64,000 bases of DNA, taken from IMG/VR virus record IMGVR_UViG_3300026197_000002, positions 28,711 through 92,710 of that record; one strand, written 5' to 3'. Origin of the DNA: a virus. The notes below the pieces were generated by a model. The model made no database searches. It was given only the letters and a program-made list of their open reading frames with translations, and had not been told where the DNA came from. The first letter of the stretch is position 1; each line of letters begins with the position of its first letter. Shown here piece by piece: positions 21,501 to 30,000 of this stretch. The position numbers and the translations under genes were made by a program.

Positions 21501-22746
21501 TATCAGCATAATGTTCCATCTCTGTCAATAAAGCATCTATTGCAAATATACTAGATACTCCTTTTTTACCATCAATACCTGCTTGAACACCTGTTTTTTC
21601 AGCAAACTGATTATTTAATTCCTCTAAACCTTCTTGACCCATTTCAGATAAAACTGCTTTTTTAAAGTTTTCAGGTTTGATAGTTTCTTCTACTTTATCA
21701 AGAGATTTTGTCAAAGTAGCTGTAGGAGCAGCTTTAAAAGCCGCTTTATCTGCAACAGCGTTTTTAGCAGCCCTTCTAGCTTTAGCTATATGTTTAGGAG
21801 ATTTGAATAACATGCCAACAGATGTTAGGTTTAAAGGCATATTCATCATCATATTAATATTAGTAGCTGTACTATAACCATTAATACGTTGCTCTTTAAT
21901 AAATTCTTCTTCTGTTAAACCTCTCTTTTTACTTAATTTCTGTAACTTATCTCTATTTTTAGAATCTTTCCAATACTTCTCTACTTGGTCTGCTGCTGCT
22001 ACACCACCCATTACACCTTCTGTATAAGACAATGCTGCAGATGTTGCTACATGTGGTGCTAATTGATTAGGAGCTTTCATAATAGCATAATTAATACCTT
22101 TGCCAACTTTATTAGCTTGCATTAAATTAGCTATTTTTTTAGAATTAGCGTATGCTTGACCCATAGCTCTAAACCCTGAACCTAATAATTTACCAACTCC
22201 TGCACCTGTTACAGCAAATTCTCCGATACTCTCAAGTAATCCTGAAAATTGTTGCATATACCAAGCACTATCTCCTAAATCCCATGTAGCATTAGGATTA
22301 GCTCTATGTAATTTACCAAAAGGATTATGCACAGCTTCAAAAGTTTCTTGAATATCTTTCTGCATCTCCATTGTAGTACCAGGGTCTACAACACCTAATA
22401 ACTCACCAACACCACCACCTATACCTGCTCCTATATGACCCACATTTTGCACTATACCCATAGGTATATCTGCTATTAAATTAGCACCAACAGTTAATAA
22501 CTCACTAAAAAATCCTTGATTTCTAGCTCTTGCAGCATCTATATCAGCTCTATCATTAAATACACTACGTGTAGGGTCATCATAAGCGTGTTTCCATAAT
22601 CCTGTATCTTCATAATATGTAGATTTACCATGATTATATTCTGTATTTATTGTATAATCTGCTGCACCACCACCCAATGTAGTATTTATAGCTCTATCTA
22701 AAGCATCTGATGATGGATTATATTCCTTTTTTATAGGGTCAGGCAT
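6568..22746 (-). CDS. virion-associated two-barrel RNA polymerase polyprotein (crAss-type), fused to cargo, zincin-like and effector-like domains
   Basis: 5392 aa; GFRIPTQ...GSDYDVDKL catalytic loop (DxDxD at 11194-11208); EEADGQ, FESANKVG, YFGIQVD, GTQFRK motifs; zincin-like YHEAFE (15616-15630); N-terminal Gly/Ala-rich hydrophobic helices. Confidence 0.92.
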   Translation of the reverse strand: MPDPIKKEYNPSSDALDRAINTTLGGGAADYTINTEYNHGKSTYYEDTGLWKHAYDDPTRSVFNDRADIDAARARNQGFFSELLTVGANLIADIPMGIVQNVGHIGAGIGGGVGELLGVVDPGTTMEMQKDIQETFEAVHNPFGKLHRANPNATWDLGDSAWYMQQFSGLLESIGEFAVTGAGVGKLLGSGFRAMGQAYANSKKIANLMQANKVGKGINYAIMKAPNQLAPHVATSAALSYTEGVMGGVAAADQVEKYWKDSKNRDKLQKLSKKRGLTEEEFIKEQRINGYSTATNINMMMNMPLNLTSVGMLFKSPKHIAKARRAAKNAVADKAAFKAAPTATLTKSLDKVEETIKPENFKKAVLSEMGQEGLEELNNQFAEKTGVQAGIDGKKGVSSIFAIDALLTEMEHYADRTFDEEGALAFTLGALGGGGQKVIMNAISKPDTSTEDLKEQYGTLRNSMISDMQAYENITNKISNLYDKVNDSGNLEDMEKSRKGLKNLQDDLFELTMKRAFSTGVGEHLLASFEEAQKADNSVTEKAKYLEQLSKDYDTLKFGVNMSEKDFQIILDQKDEARISKVLERVPEKDREALDKYVSDYNNLENVPDYTEAQLKGLTDYTDAELEKFGGENYKDIAKKKAKHVKEGIKVLSDLQAMQQSDDIANALYTGHLSAFITRANIMQEDVVKSQKFLEDYTQKEEFNNTVNDILNDPKEVSNVFGEDAAKELEKINKKREGITDKIETLKGKAQSKNAELANATKDEEINKIDKELDSIKDELQSLIDEIKPEEATEYLQGLVDKDVTKRAVDIALNKDDSKEVRYHKGILESYSNTLDKIKDFQKNKESIIEGFRKEGKKTAKKIDKANKKRDKEIKELAVNEATTNIKNSKTAEELKEEAKKAETNLTEANTNSLAVQSAKSTTKAKIDNAQNNPPTEPENVGIQKEFDITDATEDSILDKDGNFGKEQYDQLSKKQVFAIQQLSKFLSKLTDAETKGKKNAFMGLLKEKIVSVKELKDVLRESFLKKLIEANGKVEGIENEDFKTYVEKATNGINFKDIDVSTFESLSKLADNIFDKILKSSNLTQVFAGKEELNKPNKKGETTTTKDDIVPNIVNKFIIDVNNLAINNEWEHTPVAVKSREVPTENNDGTETVLTNEDGTIEGDDVVNNNQSIDSQRTRIEDNRKKAKANIKGISWYRRGKLGTSWGISIPIDEHRFKNTDTKEALIKQIDAKYDAELEALESTSTQPNVKDTTTTQEGELTQEQQDEIKKLEAEKESELENSSKVKAKGLIRMAHLKAIDESVFEGRAKEDLEKQLRNEIREILTLIKREKNKGTSDEKLKKIIAHLYLNRKDGSKVIAFSEGLNFVQELIDSNLNDLLFEDEINAKYNAKIAEVKNRKTLKESNQDSNLKEQQQNEIEKLESEREAELDAYDAKPDMVYQNVNNININSSNIENLKIIGKVGDKIVLEARFDKDGNILVTKKNQNADRIEDVIKSILNGNSKTTQSLEVVKAIKKQLALDLKFELGVEADFQIAYDRINAKYDAKIAEVKNQTPPKVKPPTQEKGDKEYEDLKTAAIKNLKSTTNAAGTQEVYYIEGLKSLKIDGIPLTWFSKNEAKEDINDGKYNKDLIKYYKPENNKFTQEKPSTKQDNLDDTNEQQEKTQEELDNEKKRKANNDKKTAESYTNEKDSLDKRSDNVKEVSKLENTADSISFMSWTRNTYKEAVRSHDNSILTSDTSRQSKSVNPVRLKQIDKHISDHISKGGGKLKVKIRSVESLRKEGLLDDYLQRSKGKNNKSVYAENIIKKAIDNKNVTHIAVFLDKDGNPVINTTRNKKDVNGNRYIPLFEAITDKNVNDGDVYTITAMSSGEYIKMDSPVSVRKALDDKNIPKSRKLVPVIIAPKLDKNKDSIPIDEYSFEFEVDKKTGRNVLLQADGRLIPVTEKRWGDDEQDLKTIIELVKHVLNPKKEVSNTTITLPTVDGNDKTIKFFSDKNNIGLINSLLNYGTGAIVTKDGISYEVGNKNPKSQISFNFTDPKNPTITIPNYDNTTDSGELGDFIEDGSPIVIRLSDLKNNKGKLYNRLKNFLANKYKNVSVDMVNKDMLNKPFLYPVLKNGTLKLEQSPTYKDYLFDKVLNTRVYNGIPLRKYNIEKVAENKSAVYNEYESTEIPNVKQEIIEESRKEPSSEPQKQQVKKDVVEDSKKKPSTTVDTSVKQEVVEDSKNVATTKDELNKEKDNALNNIKEETISGEKVYKVPGFKMGFKTEQDAKDAIDKDYNEKLAELEKSSDTTKPDINNIDLGNVTFRLPIFKKTNVKISPKQIEKETSWFKEKFPNVPYSRVDTLIRNKGLGLFTSTGEVVVSNMEEGGTTYHEAFEVVWRNALTNKEKQTLVDEITDTERQSRLYKDILQSYGETLADKEYLAEKFREYMLSDGSIQPTAKTRKNIFQQLWNMIKSIFVKKTVTREDIYKNIDAGKYKDTTPHSQNPTSQEDYRAIELDDIKLTIAETEALMNGMSAVLMKKIFSEGTAEDLFSGNRDFNLSELYGYNAIDIKDGRLNLAKEDLRNITISQIVQKFQATNDAETKERLKNIANILMQEDSWREIVKEHTNRVKQYGIEFKVDDNIDEKNEEVTDNKEKNPDDYDEINDPLGKAHIYFSSKDGLPRPIKMLVYGIPKMVKQDGKIVVDRNNVLGTPELVNPSAFFNKIINSLADTPSNNFSNFIEKIDELIDKNDSDRYSLELLKERLGSKLGVKTVVKGVDENGNRVTEDVVDAEHARLQIQFMQSFGKNKLEFRILNRTEDGSFQMIDAVGQRVAKRLVDSWKANIEQHFSKNGTLDFTKLSNIGININSAYYENLEQEEEVSSVTKSLVNILPDIKSKEDLEKELKGTVVTKLLLRLADIQQEYEDEIELQAFNSEGETEYAVGLNSYLSLVFNKIKHTSNKADKNKILDKLKEDVPQLFNMQTNNNKILKLIGEGVKVDVALLNGYQDSNNVGKKTRKLSDIDKYAVNLNATLHGYIPYLRAADRGVEYSVYVGKDNLLPISYENVVSLIAKREKNKTENDKNLEHSIFNIYKDHLINEIHSARQLHFNKIGDDVKHYNKKGKELRFFKDIKIGQLFSDETHESLVEDIKNMTIQEYLSSDAGGNILPRINENGKVTNNVFKLNDTGKINTEADMAFIREFITGEEQDTNTANILRKALTNYMLKEVKQEVARIRELDIVDTVVSKQFIDEYIKARKDIGITLTAGEAKAALIAKYVINREAYSLEMSKLIHGDLAYYKSTDDFTKRGSATNGTKKTSATGEEVNTFLDRHFPRMFDGEANTDIEKTLIVDDIEVDTKQATREFLESMFRDEFEKDGYKGDIDKKVSAYMSAYLGMEEADGQAFGTLDMVRSTMWRAGDWLDTHQKLYEDEYDLYTKMLNERELRESSPNSKEHKQAIKEIVEWKPSVDFNVQVLKTQYFGNDNTYNTDANENQRLYKPTMYKHSVAPLLPSAMYSVDMDSEGNPSIRYKKSFTMMKQMADSGVGMLQFESANKVGRKLDNKKEGAKLYDDLGNVVLKDYTSATQGVNYNYFGIQVDINPKVKKEVTAGTQFRKMALSNLIRDGVPINDKAIELIKEYNTIQDYLYEEAYNRTLEKLGIEDIKDEDGTVLGYKVDNKDKLVKVLEDEAHSRGSHDNIIDSIRQLRRGGITIDMLLNSKKVENILFAIMNKVIQEKRPGMSAIQVASTTFEDENAARVKGQFLESNDLSVYTLEDGKTKAMEIRLSLPPSYKNYVNSLKGGLQEFNRMIRNGEVDERLLTIVGFRIPTQGINSAANMRIVEFLPSSTGNVIQLPSEIVGIAGSDYDVDKLTTYLPNVLTIDATQKKLKDKLSDAVESVKSMPDINKQSYDAMKVAYDEMRIFEQELTEHKTELKNYIADNINDVEMLEGIESDISMAEGLYNDAKNNFYEILNANETKEMQLAVQKIKDATNDLKEYHDNKEDFDTELALTYYEPIETYAPVTDDVDTSNDSLDDKTLRETLQDKLTKLYPKISLDITNDPKLEQEDNNQINYRLKAADSLASPKAIQIFSKGEKNNWDLNKILTELQIPKEQKKIILDEYKDKVFEQESEQKFKNSLWRGQANKPKIDNDGNLILNPSYEQLSKDYGKSFTTQRFMAESYGSRYSTNPYFIEINEDYINNNNFNINEEDVEGEKRIVGKQQIKIPKGQYNVITPSYSEYENKDVDDLIKTYIYNDGLENSMDEMVFGGEVSALEGINYSPTEVILDVILKKLNTDGKGLLHYIAKKNIESTQEILDKYEGYDGDIDDAYYFTDNPASSLVYDAMSNYDENYIPNVVTNTLSKNSNIREEIITSLLADNSFTDEVNAAKASTVLIDAINQKNNTLLNEYAHHYIAWYRETPIVQEAIKKWGSEESLVQAIGEQAVKQKGEAWSWWTKFVNWLLGDLKKLSKLEKEQLTKVLTDAFLTRQDLNDLQIKKESPSSDQSNQEYNNNSSKNQQKPLTKKNLFTVKPKQYADNKAAIKASVATQFIGFGEGIPNSSTELYRQQAGKYANTGNYSSNDVIFVSIGGKRGNNQIRKEQQYKTITEALKALEAGATLITDNEDYIHYNPRTKQQRPIDLSSDEFEKEYGLYNSGEKRLYENLKFEGYNYSEQTVDGQVLGVWTKNESKPLSPAQLNQEKYNKAIRDSLSEISKRNPINPKMNRKSAQNRMLELQKEIMELPENVRQLMSPISDDNMKDIVKEIRSLELGKPKSEIDGAYDKISMNQLFSVSTQDGLFSNFLAGKELIGIGALHGTSHALFSNYDIKFDIESLRNKKTKKLFTIPFNYNKDEEGNPIFSGAIDVDGNLISETLSALLNSAVDVAKDPYIFYLNVSPTTAGVFYSMIRMGISPLVAAKFMRNPVIRDYAKAKRDAESELTSLVPSAVRNKVLSKYNANLKTPIKDYNDMDSVLDSMLKGSEIDSSDARTMIYIYDNMNRISSNLSKVMSGINADTKGFRKDMYTLHKATEDMLDPAFENFSGLKDVQNYSTVSKANSIVYEGKKALAGYYKMFNKSAYRNTIKFIEDNAKFQKGYNAEKLVKTINDDFKQYLLEYNKRDFMTRGKVLLDSANEDSLGKRIIALRQNDTYKNNDFFNSLDVQLNYNKEGKDLIKFTNRKLDSIEANKLIDSMRELSEINPELYKDLIAVNLSQNGVGNTFRSFIELIPAEDFIGLMSDSINDIESIIGNFPEQFLRQKKNREFVELYDFNNLPKELPIVYYTVANFTGMPEYSLQAMDSLKLKYTTVQPLGTSQVKNYSTSVPENYTPPQSSEVQADEKSYNKVVQEVANSFEGLNPKELPSYDTYIESNNLSPVTYLKNYINSRSTLDLSEKGWNNLNNKADEILKNCF
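18085..18588 (-). repeat. 39-bp direct repeat (18085-18123 and 18550-18588, 2 mismatches) encoding NAKY[D/N]AKIAEVKN
   Basis: attcttaacttcagctattttagcat(ca/tg)tatttagcatt; a 16-bp partial third copy at 19037-19052. Confidence 0.9.
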
Positions 22747-22762
22747 ATTTTATTATGTTTTA

Positions 22763-25207
22763 TTATTTTAATATATTTTCAGAAACTACTTCTTTAGTAG
22801 TATTTAAGTTCAGTTCCATTTGAGTATCACCATGAACATACTTGTTAAGTAATATCGTTCCAACAGTAGCTTCAGGTACAAAACCTGTATCTTGATTAAA
22901 TGCAGCCCGTCTATTTTCATGGTCAGATATAGTATATAATAGTTGTGCATCACCATCTACATATTGTACTTTTCCATGTAGATATTTACCCGTACTACCA
23001 ATAGGTTGTCCTTTTGTTTCTCTAATATCATCATCTACATTATATAATACATCTTGTTGAACCTTAGCTATTGGAGAGAATGTTTGATTAATACCATCTT
23101 CTGCATATAATGCTACTTCATTACCTCCAAGACTGACTGTTATAGTTCCTACATTTTGAGAGAACTTACCATTTGATTCTAAATAGTTTTGAACACCTAA
23201 TCCAAAACCACCTTTTGTAGATATATCTTTTTGCCATGCTGCAATAGGGTCATCTGCTTTACCATAAGTAGTAGGATAATCTTCTTTTAATTTATTTTCA
23301 AATTGTTGAATAGTTAATCTATTTCCATTATAAAATACTTCTCCCATAGCTGCTATTTTAGCAAAGTTACCAAAGTTCTTTCTAAGTTTTTCATCAAATG
23401 CAGAACCTCCACTTAATTGCCAAGTAGCTCTCTCATTATTCTTTTTATCTATTTCTTGAACATAGGCTAATTTTTCAGCAGGTGTAGCATCATATTTAAA
23501 ATCAAGTCCACCCCATTTTTCATACATAGTATTTATTTGCTCATTAGGGTCTTTTTTTGTTGTAGTAGCAACACCAAATATATTAGTCATAAGTTCAGAA
23601 GATTGTTTATGTGCATTATATGAAGATACCATTTCATTAACATCAGTTTTATCAAAACTTTCATCTTGTAATAATATTTTTTTTGCATTTTCTATATCTC
23701 CAGAATCCATAAATTCAAAAAACTTATTAACATTAGGATTTTTTAATAAAGCATTTGTTTCATAAAGATTTTTAGTATGATATTCAGGAGTATTTAATAA
23801 TGGATGTTGTTTTCCTCTAGCTATTTTTAATACATTTCTTTTAAAATTATTACTGTCACTACCTTGTTGAATAATTCTACCATCTTTACCAATTTTAAGA
23901 TTTTGTAATCTATTACCAGCACCTGTTTTTCTACCAACTGTTGCAGTAGATGTAGGATTTCTAGGTCTATTTTTCTCTCTTTCCCTAGCAAGTTTAGCTC
24001 TATAAATCCAAATAGAGTCAGCAGTACGATTTGCATCTCTATCTTGCCAAGTCTTTTTAAATGATGTTTTTTCAGCACCCAAATTAGCACTATCATATAT
24101 TTGTTGTTCAACCACATCCCTAGATATTTCTCTACGTAATTCTTTATCTGACATGTCTAATCTAGCTTTAGCTTTTGCCTTTCTTAAAGATGCTTGTTCG
24201 TCTGTTTCATCTTTATCTATTTTATCAGTATTTGCTAAATTATTTAAGTTTTCTCTATAACTTTTTATGTCTGCATTCCTAGATACTATAAAACCTTCTT
24301 GATTTAAAAAGGCTTTGACCATAGGGTCATTTTCTAACATAGGTTTAATCCTATTATATACTTCTGCAAAAGGTATATATTCTGTTCTATCAGAACCTTT
24401 ATATGTAACAATATATCCATTTCCTGTTGAAGAAGCTGATGCAGAAGCTATTTCTTTTTGGTCAGATGCCCAATTCTTAACAGCATCATTAACTTTTTCT
24501 GTCATATCTACATAAGCAGCAGGAGTATTATGGTCATACATACCATAAGCACCTAAATCATTACCATCAGCACCTACACCTTCCTGTTTAGCATATTGTT
24601 GGTCATAAATCCTTTTTAAATTTTCAGCAGTATAAGAATCTAACCCACCATCTTTACCACCTTTTTTTACCATCTCATCTATCATACCATGATATTCTGC
24701 CCTAGTACGTCTATTATTATACATTGACAATATCTTCTCATCAGATTTAAAATTCTTATGTAACTTATCAATAGCTATATATTTCTGCCTATTAGTAAGT
24801 TCTTCATTTTCAGCAATTTTATCTATTTCTCCATTATAAAAATCTAAACGTTCTTTTTTATGTATTACATCAGGATTTAATACTTTACCAATATTTACAG
24901 CATCTCCTATGGCTTGTTGTGCTGCATCATATTGTTGTTCTAAATTCATAATAGCTTTTTCTACATTAACAGTATCTCCCATATATTGAGATAATGTAGG
25001 AGCATACGATAGACTACTAGAAAACCTAGAACCCATAGGAGAACTCTGTACTCCTGGGGAATCTTGGAAATACTGTTTAGGTGGAGTAACAGATTGGAAT
25101 ATACCTGTCTGTGCAACTTTTACATCATTTTCAGCTTGTAAAGCTTTTTGTTCTGCCAACTGCAACTGTTGGTCAGACATACTTATATTTTTATCTTTCT
25201 TTGCCAT
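22763..25207 (-). CDS. virion cargo/ejection protein upstream of vRNAP
   Basis: 814 aa, helical; conserved crAss-like position. Confidence 0.65.
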   Translation of the reverse strand: MAKKDKNISMSDQQLQLAEQKALQAENDVKVAQTGIFQSVTPPKQYFQDSPGVQSSPMGSRFSSSLSYAPTLSQYMGDTVNVEKAIMNLEQQYDAAQQAIGDAVNIGKVLNPDVIHKKERLDFYNGEIDKIAENEELTNRQKYIAIDKLHKNFKSDEKILSMYNNRRTRAEYHGMIDEMVKKGGKDGGLDSYTAENLKRIYDQQYAKQEGVGADGNDLGAYGMYDHNTPAAYVDMTEKVNDAVKNWASDQKEIASASASSTGNGYIVTYKGSDRTEYIPFAEVYNRIKPMLENDPMVKAFLNQEGFIVSRNADIKSYRENLNNLANTDKIDKDETDEQASLRKAKAKARLDMSDKELRREISRDVVEQQIYDSANLGAEKTSFKKTWQDRDANRTADSIWIYRAKLAREREKNRPRNPTSTATVGRKTGAGNRLQNLKIGKDGRIIQQGSDSNNFKRNVLKIARGKQHPLLNTPEYHTKNLYETNALLKNPNVNKFFEFMDSGDIENAKKILLQDESFDKTDVNEMVSSYNAHKQSSELMTNIFGVATTTKKDPNEQINTMYEKWGGLDFKYDATPAEKLAYVQEIDKKNNERATWQLSGGSAFDEKLRKNFGNFAKIAAMGEVFYNGNRLTIQQFENKLKEDYPTTYGKADDPIAAWQKDISTKGGFGLGVQNYLESNGKFSQNVGTITVSLGGNEVALYAEDGINQTFSPIAKVQQDVLYNVDDDIRETKGQPIGSTGKYLHGKVQYVDGDAQLLYTISDHENRRAAFNQDTGFVPEATVGTILLNKYVHGDTQMELNLNTTKEVVSENILK

Positions 25208-25217
25208 AATCTAAATT

Positions 25218-27041
25218 TTAAATACTGTTAGTAACAAATGGATAATTATACTTTAATTTATTACCAATAGGAGATTTCATATTAGGTAATACTCCTCCCA
25301 TTTTATAGTTTCTTAACAACTTATTTAATTTCTTTCTTTTATTCTTAGTAATAGTACCACCATATTTATTAGTTTGCACATTAGGGTTATCAATATCTGT
25401 AACATCTACTGTACCATCATTAAAATACTTTTTAATCATGTCTAATTGTTCCCTAGATAAATTAGCAGCATTTTCATCTCTTAAGTTAGTTTGACCTCTT
25501 AAACTTAAATGTTTAAGAAAATCTTGTCTTTGAGTCTTTTTATCTTTATCAAATAAAAATTGTTCAGAAGCATTTTGATACCTAATAGCATTATTCTGTG
25601 TACCTATTTGTTGATTCTGCATAGCAGCATTTAATCTATTTTGTTGTGTTTGACTATCTGCTCTAAATTTCTCCTTAGTTAAATCTTGTAATTTACTAGA
25701 AGTAAGTGTTGCTAAATCAGAAGCATTACTACCTCTACGTCTATTTAACGCTTTCCTAGCAGTATTATAATTTTGTTCAATAGGTTGTGTAAACTCTTTT
25801 GCTTTTTCATAATTCATTAATTGAGAAGTATTAAGTTCTGGTACATCTCCTGTATTTCTATTAAAGAAATACCCCAATGTATCAGCATTTAATGTTAAAT
25901 CTCTTAATACATTATTATCTTCACCAATTGTTTCCTTAGCACCTTTTTTAATTCTACCTAATATATTTCTTAAACCGTTACGCTTTTTTAAAGCAGGAGT
26001 ATCCACCATTTCTAAATCTTCAGGTAATCCTGGTTTTGTTGCAGGTTTTCTAGTTAAATCAGCAATATCTATATTATCTAAATTTCTTTTTTTATCATAA
26101 TTATAAAACTTGGGAAATATTTTTTCTACATCTTCACGGTTTAAATTTTTAATTGTTTCCATAATTTTAGGAGGTAATGGTTTACCACCTAATCTCATTT
26201 TCTGTAATTTACCACCATATCTAGCTACACCTGACTCTACAACATCTGTTGCAGCTTCTTGTGCAGGACTGCCTTCCATAGGATTACCTTCCCTCATAGA
26301 TGGGTCAGTAACATTACCTTCAGGCAATGGTGCAGGAGGTTGTGGTTTAATCATCTCTTGATATTGACTAATAGCATCTTGTGCTTTATTAAATACTTTA
26401 TCAAGATTATGACCATATTTACTAATCATATTAGAAGGCTTCTTTTCATACCTAGCTCTCATCTTTTCTATCCTTTCAGTAGCACTAGCTATTGTATTAC
26501 CTGATGGCATAATTAATGCAGCAGATGATATTTCAGTATCACCCGTTGAAGGATTTTCTCTAACAAATTCATTACCTTCTATTTCTACATCCTCTTGACC
26601 ATCCATATCAGTATCTGCTTTAATACCACCCATCTCATGACTTCTACCAACAGCCATACCTCCTTGTGAGCTAGTAGGGTCTACCATACCACCTTCTGTA
26701 ATATTAGCATTCATAGCATTACCACCCATCATAAACTTTTTAAGTTTACCACCATATTTCATACCTAATGGATTACTATTAAGATTCTGATTCATATATG
26801 CTTGATTATTCATACCTACTAAATTAGCTTCATTAGCTAACTTAGCTTGTTTTTTCATCTCTTCTTTTTCTTTCATAGCCTGTATAAAACTAATAGCAGC
26901 TCCTGTACCACCCATGACTAATGATGAAGGGTCAAAAGAACCTTCTTCTCCACCTTTACTTAATAAACCACTTAATGCACCAGCACCTGCTGTAATTGCT
27001 CCACCTGCTAAATATTTCTTTAATCTATTTTTCATAATCAA
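25218..27041 (-). CDS. virion cargo protein with repeated xxGG motifs
   Basis: N-terminal Gly/Ala hydrophobic helices, GRSHEMGGI and VEIEGNE motifs, 7 copies of [YFMAN]-x-x-GG. Confidence 0.75.
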   Translation of the reverse strand: MIMKNRLKKYLAGGAITAGAGALSGLLSKGGEEGSFDPSSLVMGGTGAAISFIQAMKEKEEMKKQAKLANEANLVGMNNQAYMNQNLNSNPLGMKYGGKLKKFMMGGNAMNANITEGGMVDPTSSQGGMAVGRSHEMGGIKADTDMDGQEDVEIEGNEFVRENPSTGDTEISSAALIMPSGNTIASATERIEKMRARYEKKPSNMISKYGHNLDKVFNKAQDAISQYQEMIKPQPPAPLPEGNVTDPSMREGNPMEGSPAQEAATDVVESGVARYGGKLQKMRLGGKPLPPKIMETIKNLNREDVEKIFPKFYNYDKKRNLDNIDIADLTRKPATKPGLPEDLEMVDTPALKKRNGLRNILGRIKKGAKETIGEDNNVLRDLTLNADTLGYFFNRNTGDVPELNTSQLMNYEKAKEFTQPIEQNYNTARKALNRRRGSNASDLATLTSSKLQDLTKEKFRADSQTQQNRLNAAMQNQQIGTQNNAIRYQNASEQFLFDKDKKTQRQDFLKHLSLRGQTNLRDENAANLSREQLDMIKKYFNDGTVDVTDIDNPNVQTNKYGGTITKNKRKKLNKLLRNYKMGGVLPNMKSPIGNKLKYNYPFVTNSI

Positions 27042-27052
27042 TATATTTTAAT

Positions 27053-30000
27053 CTATCTTTGTGTAGGTTTAACATTAGGCTTAACATTATGTACTATAAT
27101 TTGCTTATCAGCATCTTTATATGTAAGTCTAACAACTATCCAATCTGTATTAAACCTTTGTCTTTTATAAAACTTTTTATCTCCTAGAACACCCTCGTCT
27201 AATCTAAAATCATCTATTGGAGGTCTATTAAAATCTTTATTCCACAAGGTATTCTTAGTATCTTCTCTAATAATATTACAATGCCATTCATCCATAGTTC
27301 TACGTAATGTAAGAGTATAATCTAACTTAATAGTTAATCTAGGATTTAATTGAACTGTTGGTGTAGTAAATTTCTCACACCACACTCTCATAGTTTTAAA
27401 AGTATCATCATATTGTGGAATACCATTCTCATCTATAACTTGTGTATTCCAAAATATCTCTCTCCATTGTAACTTTTCAGGATTATAAAATACATAATCT
27501 ATAATACTATCATAAGTTATATCTCCAAAAGTATTATATTTTCCTCTATTATGCAAATATATTTTACTATCTTCTATTGCAAATAAGTTAGACTCTATAT
27601 TATAATTATCATAAAAATACTTACCATTGTAGTCATGGAAAGATACTATCATATCTCTATCAGGATAATATGAACATATAAAACCTCCACTGTTATACTC
27701 TGTTAATACTATTGGAGATACAGAAGTAACTTCTTTAATAGCATTATCTGATTCATCTAATACTATATCCCCTACTATAAGACTATTAATAAAACTTGTA
27801 TCTGCCAATCTATATACTCCTCGTATTTTTATATCATCATCTATATATGTATGATTAACACTATCATAGGTTTTAGCTAATATAATTCTATTATTGTACT
27901 CATCATAAGCAACACTATATCCATTAGATGTAAAAGGATTATCTAAATCAATATTATTTACAATACGCTTATTACACCTAGTAACAGATGTAACACTTGT
28001 TGTTCCAGAAGAATCTCCTGATATATAATAATATTCATTGTCATAATCTGATACCCAACCCACAGGAGGTATATAATTAACAACACATCTTATACCATCT
28101 ATATAAGATATACTTCTTTTGGGTATCGTAGTAATTCCTAGTACACTGTTGTATGTAGCAGTAACATTTACAGTTGCAACAGATATATCAGTTTCATAAT
28201 GTGGTAAATATTTCTTCATATAATTACGCAAACCATTACCTGATATTTCTTTTAAATTATTACTACCAGCATACATAAACCATTTACCTTGTTGTGAATC
28301 AGGAAATACATATATCCCTTTGCTCAATAAACAACCTAATTGGTCTTGTGTGCCAGCATATCCATTTTGTGTAGTAATTATTTCTGTTGGTGGTATTGCA
28401 AATATATCTCCTGCTCCTAATTCTACTTTACCAGCACTTGTAGGTAATTCAGTTCTATCTTTAGTTATAAATAATCCCCTCTCTTGGTGTATTAATAAAT
28501 TAGGGAAATATTCTTGTATGTTGATAATCTCTCCCCTATTTCTAGCAGTCTGTTCATAAGAATCAGCGGATAACCACTTTTTCCAATTAATTAAGGGAGA
28601 TTCAGGTATTTGTTCTAAACTTCTTATTACTTTATATGGTAAAGATACTTCATTGAAATCTGATATAGGATTATATATGAAACTCTGTTTTAAATCATTT
28701 AAAAGATTCCAGAATGTATTATAACCTATATTATTAGGTTCTACTGTCCAATCATAATATGTATATATTTGTGAATCATAATCACCAAATAATGTATCTA
28801 GTGATTGTTTGGGAAAATATCTACTACCCAAATCTCCACCTAATTCATAACGCAATTGTAAATTATAATTACTTTCAGCACAATGAGATATTACATTTCT
28901 TAACCCTCCTAATGACCCGCTATCTTGTGTAGTTTGAGAAGGATAATTCTTAGAATATGTTATATAATTATATTGTCCTTGATAACAATCTCCACCTAAT
29001 ATATCTGTACCTGATGAACCTGAATTATAATATCCTGTACTTACAAGTGTTTGAGAATCATAAGTAGAATAACAATCTTCCCTAGCAGATTTTAATACGC
29101 ATAAATGATTTGGAACATTAATACTAGCATTAGTAGCATCATTTGTACCTACGCTAGGATATACCATAGTATCTTGAAATTCAAAATCTTCTGTATATAC
29201 ACCATCATTATATACTTGTAAATATAATGTAGATTCAGAAGATTCATTTCTAAATGTTGCAAAACCTACATCTGAATTACTATTAGTAGACATGTATTGA
29301 TAATTATCAATCCTTCTATTTTTTTGTGAATCTGTTATAGCAGAACTAGAGTTTAATAATGATTGAACAGGACTATATTCAACAGTTTTTCTATCAACAG
29401 TTCCTGTAGAACCTTCTTCAACAGTTGCTGTTGTTTCATACTTACAAACACCTTCTATATAAGGTTCTATTAATCCAGGTAATCCATATCTAGTATCAAA
29501 AGAGTTAAATCTTAAATATTCATGATTATTGGCACCTGATATAGCTTCATCAACTATAAACCTATCTTCATTACCTGATAATGCAGGAGTAGGTGTACCA
29601 TTATAATCAATATTCCAATTACCTCCCGTAGTCCATAATTCAGATACATCATAACCACCAGATGTACCAGGCGTTGCTACCATATTACCTAACCCCATAC
29701 CATATACAGTGCTATTACTACTATCTCTCTTACTATATAATATTTCCCAATACCTAACATCAGAAGGGATGTTAGTTACATTAGTTACATTTATTCCTAA
29801 TATTGGTAATTCAATTTTGTATATATCAGAATTAGTAGGTCTAAGATTATCATATAGGTATCTCTGTGAAGGAAACCTATGATGTCTAACATTATTTCCT
29901 GCTAAACTAGGAAAGCCTGGGGGATATTGTTCATTACTATTTTCCCAATATCCCATATCACCACCTGTAACACCTGTAACAGTATCTTGTACTTGAAATC

